Below are positions 13,101-22,726 of a stretch of 64,000 bases of DNA, piece by piece. Numbering within the stretch: the stretch's first letter is position 1; each line of letters starts with the position of its first letter. Made by a program: the position numbers and the translations under genes. The notes beneath the pieces were generated by a model, which made no database searches, was not told where the DNA came from, and worked only from the letters and a program-made list of their open reading frames with translations. Source of the DNA: Klebsormidium nitens (lineage: Eukaryota; Plantae; Klebsormidiophyceae); the NCBI GenBank assembly GCA_000708835.1, contig DF236960.1, forward strand, positions 90,982-154,981, in the 5' to 3' direction.

Positions 13101-16100
13101 GACCTCAACAGACACGGCCAGACGAAAGCTTTGTCCTTCATTCCGCTTTCTTGAAAGACCAGATTTGGCAGGAGTGCTCCAAAAGGGCGACAGTCTGATG
13201 CACGGGTGAGAGACCGATGCCACTGCTGAACAGTTGTCGTTCAGCAAACGAACTCTAGCTAGACAACGAAATCTTGGGCCAGAAGGAGATGCTGGCAGAA
13301 GGCATCAGAGAAGCAACGAGAGAACTGTACTAGAATCTCCCCCACAAGCGGCTCCTCATGGCAGCCAAATCAGCTTGTCGATGACCTTTCTAGCTTTACG
13401 AATGCTCGATCAAATCGTTCTTCTTTCTATGAACCTAATGGGAAACAATCGGAGCCCACACAAAGTTGGATCTAAGATTGAGAAGACTGCGAGGTGATCA
13501 GCAGCACAATGACCCGAGAAGAAGATACACCTTCAATCGCTTGGTGACGTCGCAGAGTGGGGTCCAAACTTTTGACGCGTAGCAGTTCCGAAAGTGCCAA
13601 GGCACGAGCCGACGCATACGTCCCAAAAGCACGTCACTCAGAAAATCAAGAGCAGCATGTATTTGAGAGGGGGATTATAGCTTTTAAACCCGCCAGACGT
13701 CCAATCTAAAGGATGTTCTTCAGGGCAAATTGAGGTCTGCAGGAAGGCATCAGACCGTGCGCACGACATTCCTTGCCTTGAAAGGACGGCAAGATGGGTG
13801 TCCTTCATGGCCCTCGTATGCGTTTAAGCATTGGAGCCAGAGGCGCAAGAATATGCACGTGGCTTCAAAAGAAAGCACTCTCAGATTGAGAAGACACGCA
13901 GCCCAGCTTTGCTGCTTTCACTTTTAAAAGAACTGGGATCAACATGCAGGGTCGTCATAGGAGGAAGGAACTAGGGCATCCGGGTTGGCTCCTTCAAGGA
14001 ACGCGAGCTTAATTTTCCCCCTGTCTACTTCGGCGAGGAATTTCGGGCCAGATCCGAAAGTTGATTGCACTTGGATATCTCCCTGACTCAGCTGATTCCA
14101 CTCAGTCGAATCCAATCAAATTTGCACCGTCCATGGTGCGAATCATGAGACTCTTCTAAAAACAACAGTTGCATGGCTTGAGGCAGAATGGTCTGATCTA
14201 CGGAGGACTGTATGGAACATGGTCGCTCGCTTAGGGCGAAATTTATTTTGAACGAGGACACATCAATAACTGGACTTTGAAAGGATCGAGGAGCGTTACC
14301 TTTTATGCTCTTGAGCGTCTTGTCACCGATGCGTGAGTACGAAAGATTCAGGCTCTCTAGGTTGGACAGCTCTGTGGACAGGAGAGAAAAAATGAAGACG
14401 TCAGCACATGTTCCCAGGATGGAATGGTCTGCAAACAGGAAGCCACTACTTGAGAGGACCAACTATTTGGGACAATCTGCTACCTTTCAAGTCGTATCAT
14501 TCGCGGTGCAAATATAGGCGGACATTCCAGGCGATTGCAACGACAGTGACATTAAAGCCATTGAAACAAGCTCAATGTACCTAGAGAAAGCGGAGTAGTA
14601 GCCGTGCCGCATGCTCGCGAAGACGTCTCGTCAGAAGAAACTTTCAGGCTTTGATGCTTTACTTGAAAATCCAAGGCTTCCACGCGTCGACCAGCGATTT
14701 CTGGGCCACAAAACTTCTAGCAAGCTAACTCCAACCGCTCCGGCCTCAGAAGGAGCATGCGAACCAGCCAAGAAAGAAGTTGACGTCCCCTTGATGGCTG
14801 CGACCTTGCGGCGCCCCTTCAAACAAAGCCGACATGCTAACATATTAACGGGAATAAGCTGGCAAGTCTGCTCATTAGCGTTTACCGTTTGCGCGCCGGA
14901 AGCCGGCGTCCGTCACGGAGCACCACTCGACGCTCAGGTTCTCGAGTGATGGCATGCTGCATACGACCTCCATGCTCGCATCGCTTATGGGGCACCCCGC
15001 CATGAAGAGCTTCTTCAACTTCAGATCTGGGCGCAAAAACGGTCCGACTGAAGTCTTCAGAAACGCTTGTGCTTTTAGTCTTGCGGTGATCGCAAGCCCT
15101 TCAAATTGCGCCTGACCATATGGTACCAAAGCGGCAAATTCGAGTAGAGACAAAAGTGAATGAAAGGCGGCATCAGATTCAACTTTTCCCACCGGCGACC
15201 GAAAGACTGATGCACCACTTTTCCGGTCGCCCCTGGATTGCCGACACAGTTCTGGCAGTGGCATTGAGGCAAGAGTTGCTCCGTTCACGTGCCCCAAAAT
15301 CACGTATGCTGTACATATCAGCTGACGCTCACTTTAAAAATTCATGATAAGAGAGCAAGCACTTGAGTTGATTGACGCTCAGCCTTACGATATCATAGTC
15401 CCAGCCAATGTGAACCTGCAAAAGGCTCGCAGGAACACGAAGCAATCTGAATATAAGCTAAGCTTTCGAATTTTGGCGCCGATGTTCGTCACTTGATTTC
15501 TCAAATTTTCATAGCCCCTGCCAATGTCAACGTGAGAAACGTTTGCAAAAACGAGAAGCAAACGAAGATATATGCGCTCACCTTTCAGGTGGTTTACGCC
15601 GATGTCATTCACTTCGATCCCTTGCAATTTCACAACCCCTGCCAATGTAAAACGGCGAAAAGTCTTGCACAAAGAATGTTTGCTGACCTTTCAGGTGGTT
15701 TACGCCGATGTCCGTCACTTTGGTCCGCGAGATGCGGAGGTCCGTCAGCCCCGTCATGCCCTGGAGCGACATGACGTCATAGTCCTCCACCGAGCTGCAC
15801 CATCCCAGGTTCAGCGTGTGCAGCCTCGTCAACTCTGCGGAGGATGACGTCAGCATCAGGTGGGGATGTGATTACATCGTTCTTAGCAGATTGGGGTCTC
15901 AAGTATGGGCCAGTTCTTGCCTCCATAAATCAAGCGGGTGCGACCTCACCACTTGAGTAGTAATGCATCAGCATACTGTCGCCCAGAGTTGCGACCTCTG
16001 GAACTGGAACTTGTAGGGCGTAACTCGTCACCGATCTTGGACAAATCGACGTGAGCCGCTTTGTGCCACCTTTGAAATAGCGGATTTGGCGCACTTATCT

Positions 16101-19100
16101 AAACTAGCACGGGTCCAAGCGCAAATAGGACGGAGCAGAGACTGGAATCCTAGGGTTCTACGAATCAGAAGAGCTGAAAACTTTAAACACTCCGTGGCCA
16201 ACCAGATCAAAGCAGAGACCCACTCGTGTTGCAACGAAAACTTGCGGTAGTCTGCTACACATCTGCTGAATCCAAGTTTTCAGCTTTTCAGGTCCTTAGC
16301 GTTTTAAGGGATGTAGGTAAGCTGGAAACCTAAACAACGGGAAATCTTCGGGGGAGAAGAACGTTCGGTAAAGGAACTAGAACGAGATTGTGAGATGATG
16401 GAAGCCCTCGTGCGATCGGCTGCACCTCTCGACGTTCTGGACCTACCCATCCAGTAATCCAGTGTCTTGGCTTTTGGAGGAGCCGAAACCTCAAGACGAA
16501 CGGAACGTGGAGTTCTTGGCAAGGGATTTAGAGCGAGAATGAGGTTCTCTCGACGAAGGAACTAGACCGAAGCAGGGACTCAATCGTTAGGTAACGGAAG
16601 CCGCCGTGTAGCCTAAAGCACATCCCGAGGTCCCGGCTCTCAACTCTTCGGATCCTTAGCTTTCAAAGGGTGGAAACCCAAGGAAGCTGGAAAACTAGGG
16701 AAAACGCATGCTCAGCAGAGGAACCAGAGCGGAGACTTACTCGTGAGGTACCGGAAGCCCCCGTGCAGTCTGCTGCACATCTCTAGGTCGAGCACCTCCA
16801 GACTGGTGAGCCCGGCGAAGCACCGCATGCCGATGGCGGTGATATAGTCGCAGCCTTGGAGGCTCAGGTGGGTCAGCTTGTCGAAGCCTGGAAAGAAGAA
16901 GGCGTAGGACAGGCGTAAGCGTATAGCTTTGCACACGCTCTTACGTCCCTAAACAAAGCGCTCTCTGGAGCCAGCCGACGAGATGGAGTAGCAGTTACAA
17001 GCTTGCAATCGCTGCTGAAAGGTTACGGTCATCAGATCTGTTTAGAAAAGATCAAGGAACGCTAAACGACGAAACCCGCAGAGCTCTTGAGTTCTGAGAC
17101 CTCTGCGAACCCGCGGAGGGCCAGAAGTGGAGATTGCCTCACTAAGAGTAGCGCAAACCACGCAAACCCTCCGACACCCCTTAGGGAAAGGTGCTCAAGC
17201 TTCTTCTTGCATTACGTTCCAGATGTAGAAACTTGTTGGAAACCACCGAATTGATCACTTGAGATCACCAAAAGGAGAGGTACCCTGAAACCTCAGAACC
17301 TCAATGAATTTCACCAGTGACCTGAGAGAGAGCCCAAGGTCGGTCAGCAGGGAGCACTGATGAGAAGCAAACTTTCGAGCCTTTTGGCGCGCTGAACGTA
17401 TATGAGCGCATTCTCAAGAAACTCGCGGAACAAATCTAAAATTCTCCTAAAAGCAAAGTCCCCATATTTTGATCTCGTCGATCCTCGTAACCCGGTGAAC
17501 ACTTACAAGTGATATAGCACAGCCCCAATCGTTCAATCGCAGACACCGTTACGCAGCAGAGTGTCGAGCTTCTTGGCGCGCTGCATGTCGACACACACAT
17601 TTTGGAAGGCTTCTCGACAGATTCTCGAATCCGTCATCAAGACGGCCAGATACACGGTGCTTTGAATGCTAATCCTCATATTCGAACCCTCAAAATTAAA
17701 GGCAATCAAACCCTGACGGTACTCACCAGTGATGTTGCAAAGCCCGAGGTCAGTCAGGCGCAGGCATCCATTGAGGGGGAAGGCTCTCAAGGTAACTGGC
17801 GCGCTGAATGTACACGAGAGCGAGTTCCGGATTCTCCCGGCGGAGACCCAAAACTAGGAAATACAGGAAACAAGACCCTAAATTCCGAAATCCCTAAAGA
17901 CACTCACCGGTGATGTTGCAGAGCCCTAGGTCGGTCAGCCGGAGACAGCCGTTAAGCAGCAGGCTGTCCAGCTTCTTGGCCCGCTCTCTATGTACCCGTG
18001 TGTAATGTCGAAGGTTTCTCGACCACGACCCGAATCGAGTAAAGGTCTTCAACACATCACAATCAATAAACACAAGATCCAAATGCCCTCACCAGTGATG
18101 TTGCAGAGCCCTAGGTCGGTCAGCCGGAGACAGCCGTTAAGCAGGAGACTCTCGAGGTTCTTTGCGCGCTGTATGTACACGAGTGCGTTGTCGGAGATCT
18201 CGCGGCAGTGGCTGAGGTCCAGCGAGCAGGTACAGCTGCAGTCGCCGTGATCCAGGAACTCGAGCCACTCGTCTTCCACGCCGGGATAGCTCGCCATATG
18301 TACATCCTACATCAGGTCAAGTTCGGGGTTTAGGGCTGGCACAAGCAAGGGTTCAAAACAGTTGCTATTTGGTGTAGAAAAGGTTTAGGAAGACAAAACG
18401 ACAGGAACTTGAGAGCAGGAGCGATTGCAGGGTTTGTGGTCCAGGCACTCGAGCCACTCGTCTTCGACGCCAGGTAGCTCGCCACATGTACATCCTACAT
18501 AGGGTCAGGTTCGGGGTTTAGGGCTAACACAAATTAGAAGGTCCTAAAGTTGGGCTTGCGAAAAAGAAGGTTCTAAAGTTCTGCTTTTCACTCGGAGAAC
18601 TGGTCAGGAAGAAGGAACGGCAGAGAAGGAGAGCAGGAGCAGTTGCAGTCTCCTTGATCCAGGAACTTGAGCCAGTCCTCTTCCACGCCAGGATAGCTCG
18701 CCATATGTACATCCAGAAATGAGAAAACTCGTATGTATCCTGCATGTGGTTTGGTTGGTAAAAGCTGGATGCCGGATGCTCTGGAGCTACACGAATCCAG
18801 AAAGCGGCGGCAGTCGTCTTCGACCCCTGGGTAGCTTGCCACATCCTGTAGAAACCGGAACGAAAGCAAGAGTGACAATCTGCAATTCTTCGGGTCGTAG
18901 AACGCTATCTTTGTGGAAGAAAGAGGCCAGGACAGGAGAACCAAGAGAAGAAGAGCGCGTGTAATTGCAGTCGCCGTGATCAAGCCAGTCGTCTTCTACC
19001 CCAGGATAGCCCGCCATATGTGCAGCCTACAAACAGGGCTTAAAATGATACATTAACTGCAATCGCTGTTGTGTAGATTCCCCGAGCCAGTCGTCTTCCC

Positions 19101-22100
19101 CGTCAGAATAGCTTCCCACATGAACATCTTGCTGGGTTGGAGTTAGTTCGCAAGCAGTTAGTTGAGCTGTTCAGGAAGTGACAAGGCAAAAATCCCAACA
19201 GAAAAGGATTACAAGAATATACTCACCTGTAGGCAGCAGCCCTTGAACGCCTTTAGCATGCCCCGCTTGAGGCTGCGCGTCGAGACCAGTTCGTCCAGGA
19301 TCCGCTGCGTAAGGTCCCGTGGGAGAGGCGCCAAAGATAGAGGCGAGTCCGCCAGGCTCTTGCAAATTGCGCGGATGGAAAGCTCTTGAAGAGTCGCTCC
19401 TGGTTGGGCCGGTCTGCGAAAAGGTGAGAAAAGATATCTAGCTGCTTGAGAATTCAAGATCCGGTCGAAACTTGGCAGTCTAGATTGGACGTTCTGGTTC
19501 ACGAAACTTCTGTGATAACCGCCAGCGACCGTCACGCTCTCACATATTGCAAGGATGGGTAGGCCTTAAAGCGTTGCTTTCGCTTGTGCTGGCCTGCGGA
19601 TTCGAATAAGAGGGACCCCGAGTGTCACTGCTTACTTTTGTTGATCACTACGACTGTGGATTGTGTTGATGTAAGAGTCTGATACTGTGTGCTTCGACTG
19701 CGAGCCAGCCAGCAACAATGCAACTCCGCCAGGCTCCTGTAGAGTCACCTCTGGTTACGCCAGCAGCGAAGCGAAGGAGAATTATGGTTGACAACAGCCA
19801 TCTTAAAGGAAAGCAGAGACAAATTCTGAGGGAATGCATCAGGTACTCTTAATAGATGAGACGCGTAGAAAACCTTTTATTGCTCAACTTCACAATCCCC
19901 GCAAAGTCTATGCTGAGAAGCTTAAGTATGCAGCTGTAATGACAGAAAGTCATCGCCCTTAATGCAAAAAGTGTTGACTTTTCAGACCCGGGAAAGCAGA
20001 AATTTCCCGCGCAGCCAGCGGATCGCACCAAGCAAGGAGGTTGAAGCATAAGCAAGTGTCCCGCGCTTCTATGATCCATGATATCTCACGACAAAAAACT
20101 CAGCCCTTTATCAATATTCCAATCAGTTTCCAAAGGCTTCAAGCATTGCAAGTACATTCTATACGATCCCCGACTCGTACTCTTCATTGCCCTTTTCCAG
20201 TACGAGTCAGTGCAAGCAAAGCGGTTGCTCTGAAGACGAATATACAAGCTGAGCTGTTGCCGAGGGTCCTCGAGACGCCAGTCCATGATTTAAATAAGAA
20301 CAAATACAGACCACCGATCAAGTACTCATCCTTGTCCCATCGAATGTGTCGCAAACATGAGAAGGAAACTGGACTACCGGGAATGAGTCAACGAGCAGTA
20401 TGACAACGCTCACTGCTGTACTTCTTTGAAGTGCATGATTGAGAGTCGGTACTCAGTCAGACTTCGACCGCGTGGGCCTTTCACAAACCTACTTTAGGGC
20501 GTCGAGGTACCGCTGAAGCTTTCTGAGAACCAGAACTGGTCTCAAACATGAAGTTCTAACTTCCTTGCCCGTGCTGCTTTTGTTCCCTACTGAACGGGCA
20601 AGCCGTTCCTGTGCTTGAGGTTCAAACTAGTGGGATATCGAAGAGAAGAAACGAGGTTCGTAGAGACAGATAGACAGCGGAACAGCCATAACACCAGCGG
20701 AAGAAGGACCTCGTTGTTGCATTGAGAATCAGCATGCACCGAGATAGAGACGAAGTCTCTACCTAGGAAAGCTTTATCGCCTTCCCGGAAAGAACGCTGT
20801 GCAACACGAGCTATGCAAAGGCGGCACGGACTTGGCACAGATAGCTCACGACGCCAACGTCACATTTGACCATCAAAGATACACTTCTCCAAGCTGACAA
20901 TTTTACTTGGCCGGTTGGAAGCCCCAACGGAAAGCCTCGAGTTTATTTTGAAGGAAGCTCCTCAACTCATTTGCTCTTAGCTGACGAATTCCTGACCCTG
21001 CTCTACTTTCTTCGGGCATCAGAGGGTGACGACGACGAGTTGAGTCAGAACCGACTCAGCAACGTACAATCTCTCGTCACTGCCCCAATGGAACCGTCCA
21101 ATAACACGTCTCTGCTCACCGAAAACGTGAGATATACGCCATGTCATCCGTCTTTGGCGATCATAGTCAGGACGCTTGTCCCGAGATAGAGGGCTCCAGG
21201 GTGGAAAATAGTAAGTGTCAAGCCTTAAGCCCTTTGCAAGCCCTTCTCTCGACGGTGTTCAAGTGTTCATCCATATACCCAGCGGTCTAGGAGCTGTCGT
21301 GTAAGACGACTACGCAGTCTTTGAAAACAGAGGAGTTTCGTTTCCGAAGGAAAAAAGGTCAGGTGGTAAGAGCGAATTGCAGCACCCTCCACAAGGAAGG
21401 GCAGCTTGGTGTCGAAACTTTCGTGAGATGTTGTAATGCGTTGGAGCTGGCAAAAGGTTCCAGATCCAAGTAGACAAACAAAAGGAACGACAGCGGTGGA
21501 CAGAGAAAAAACACTGAGGCATCAGACCATCATCCAAGCAAGCGCTTGAGCGCAGAGTGCGCACAAGTTTTGCATGGTCTTGTCATTGCCAAGTGAGTCA
21601 AACCCTCCAGGACAAAAGCGGATTTGAGACAGATCTCCACCAACTATTCAGAACAAAGATGGGGGAAACCACGGCGTTCGAGAAGGAACCCAAAGTGCAT
21701 CAGTGTCAGGTCAACGTGCAGAACGCTGCCCACTACAACATGGAACAACGTTTTCAGGATTGGCAATCCTTCAACCACCTTCAACCACGCAAACTCTGCA
21801 AACGACCGATAAGGCCACCATCAGAGGCCACTACCCTCTAAGCAGTGCACTTGATTCTCTTAGGTATTCTCAGAAACAATTTGACGAAATACTCTGGCCG
21901 TCGGACCGACACACCTTGCTCTTGCCGCGCTTAGGAAGGCTCACTAGTTTGCTCCTTCCTCATTGCCACGCAGCTTTTCAAGATACAAGTAGCTTTTCCG
22001 TGACTGCCTCCTGGCTTGTACGAGCATCACAAGCAACTGTGTTGCACAGTTGCAAGAGTCTCTACGGGGGCTGAAGAAATGTAGAAATGGAAAAAATATC

Positions 22101-22726
22101 CCCAGTGTCTGAGGCAACTGTGTTGCACAATTGCAAGAGTCTTATCAAGTAGAAACAAGAAGCCACCAGTCTCCACTCATAAAGTAGGCCTCACCAACTG
22201 TGCTGAAAGTATGTCAAAGAACTCATCGACCAGGGCATGGAAAGGCGCTTGGACCACTGGCTGAATTTTCTGATCTGCCGCATGAGCAGTTCTCTTGTCA
22301 ATAATAGCTTTTGAGAGGCATGAGGTAAAGGGCTAGTTCAGTTGCAAACATTTTCTCATCCAGTCAACGTATCAGTCCGACAAGGCTTTGAACCAGCCAT
22401 GATTCCTAACCAGACCACCATTTCGAGACCTAAGATTCATGTAGGCAGACTCTGACTGAAACTGCCCCAATTGCGCTGGACACAGAAGTAACTGCAGCGT
22501 TTATGCTCGGTCGACGAAGGCTTCCCACAGGTTGTGAAACAATATCTGCTTCACCTTAACCTCGGTAAAGAAGTACAATCCCAACCACTAACCTGTCAAA
22601 TGGCGCCGGGAGCGGCGTCAACTGCAGGGACCGTTTCCTCATGAGGGGGGCCCCGCCGCAATCATCAAACTCCGAGATGACGTCATCCTCCCCTGGGCTC
22701 CTCCGCCGCGAGCACGCGAGCCCCAT
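1103..22726 (-). CDS. Leucine-rich repeat protein, At1g15740 / F-box-LRR14-like family (11 coding exons, 577 aa)
   Basis: Manually assembled exons (minus strand, GT-AG): 22593-22726, 19227-19413, 18093-18306, 16741-16887, 15688-15834, 14886-15026, 14300-14371, 10330-10473, 9075-9362, 2012-2158, 1103-1215. Total 1734 nt, all phases concordant. N-terminus MGLACSRRR; ATLQELSIRAICK...LPRDLTQRILDELV; MASYPGVEDEWL; repeated LxxLxLxxCxxITDxGLxxL units; C-terminus SLALYNCNISPIVVEKLQSNHLPRLTVIGLE*. Colinear, from recall, with Arabidopsis At1g15740 (MGGACSRKR...LPRDISQQIFDELV...EYPGVNDDW...LNLSQNSNLTD). Confidence 0.92.
1568..2011 (-). repeat. Three degenerate copies of the 3' end + donor of LRR exon 2012-2158
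   Basis: Donor-equivalent positions 1862 (gtgagt), 1728 (gtgagt) and 1573 (atgagt). Translations LSGLQSLSPMQCEITTDGIPHLK and SSGLSSLNLVRSKFTNEGIFPL versus the real LSGLQSLNLMHSKITNDGIPHLK. Confidence 0.85.
7413..7458. repeat. 23-bp perfect tandem repeat x2
   Basis: agactacaaagcccaacctgaaa repeated twice. Confidence 0.8.
8540..9074 (-). repeat. Degenerate copies of the 3' end + donor of LRR exon 9075-9362
   Basis: Clear copy with donor at 8927 (IADLGVRHLEG|gtgagg), a more decayed copy near 8780-8820 (GGNMTDFGMRALN), and probable traces near 8630-8670 and 8550-8580. Confidence 0.65.
9363..9995 (-). repeat. Four tandem copies of acceptor + 5' start of LRR exon 9075-9362
   Basis: YAG acceptors at 9511, 9678, 9823 and 9967 (real 9363). 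Each is followed by an A(L/V)K(K/N)LE(T/A)IL-like sequence (the 9678 copy is frameshifted) and most are preceded by a (c/t)taac branch-like motif. Confidence 0.9.
10170..10215 (-). repeat. Echo of the donor end of LRR exon 10330-10473
   Basis: cgtcaccttacgg|gtatgctgacgtca versus the real cgacacctcacag|gtacgctgacgtca. Donors at 10185 and 10329. Confidence 0.7.
15385..15687 (-). repeat. Tandem ~106-110-bp echoes of the donor end of LRR exon 15688-15834
   Basis: gacatcggcgtaaaccacctgaaag|gt is identical at the echo donor 15581 and the real donor 15687. A more decayed unit lies near 15470-15500, and the intronic motif ccc(t/a)gccaatgt repeats three times. Confidence 0.8.
16578..16650 (-). repeat. 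Echo of the donor end of LRR exon 16741-16887
   Basis: Translates RDLGMCFRLHGGFRYLT followed by ttgagt (dead donor), versus the real LDLEMCSRLHGGFRYLT|gtaagt. Confidence 0.75.
17310..18092 (-). repeat. Four echoes of the 3' half + donor of LRR exon 18093-18306
   Basis: Donors at 17907, 17726, 17506 and 17314, each preceded by a QRAK.L..LLLNGCLRLTDLGLCNIT-like sequence of varying divergence. Confidence 0.88.
18307..19135 (-). repeat. Five echoes of acceptor + 5' half of LRR exon 18093-18306
   Basis: Acceptor-equivalent positions 18495, 18714, 18846, 19027 and about 19129. Translations include DVHMASYPGVEEDWLKFLDQGDC, DVASYPGVEDDC, AAHMAGYPGVEDDWLDHGDC and DVHVGSYSDGEDDWLG. Confidence 0.88.
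22033..22142. repeat. Two 29-bp direct repeats, each an imperfect or perfect hairpin
   Basis: gcaactgtg-ttg-cacagttgc-aagagtct at 22033-22061 and gcaactgtg-ttg-cacaattgc-aagagtct at 22114-22142. Confidence 0.75.

Noticed and set aside
18320-18525. Interstitial telomere repeats (ggggtttaggg; also about 1305 and 55012)
   Set aside because: Single units only. The two here are simply part of the duplicated intron-end echo.
21557-22074. Retrotransposon integrase zinc-finger (HQCQVN)
   Set aside because: Only one Cys of the C-x2-C pair, no DDE core, and wrong order relative to the RNase H relic.
22033-22142. CRISPR-like repeat-spacer-repeat
   Set aside because: Only two repeats, a 52-nt spacer, no cas genes, and a eukaryotic intron context.
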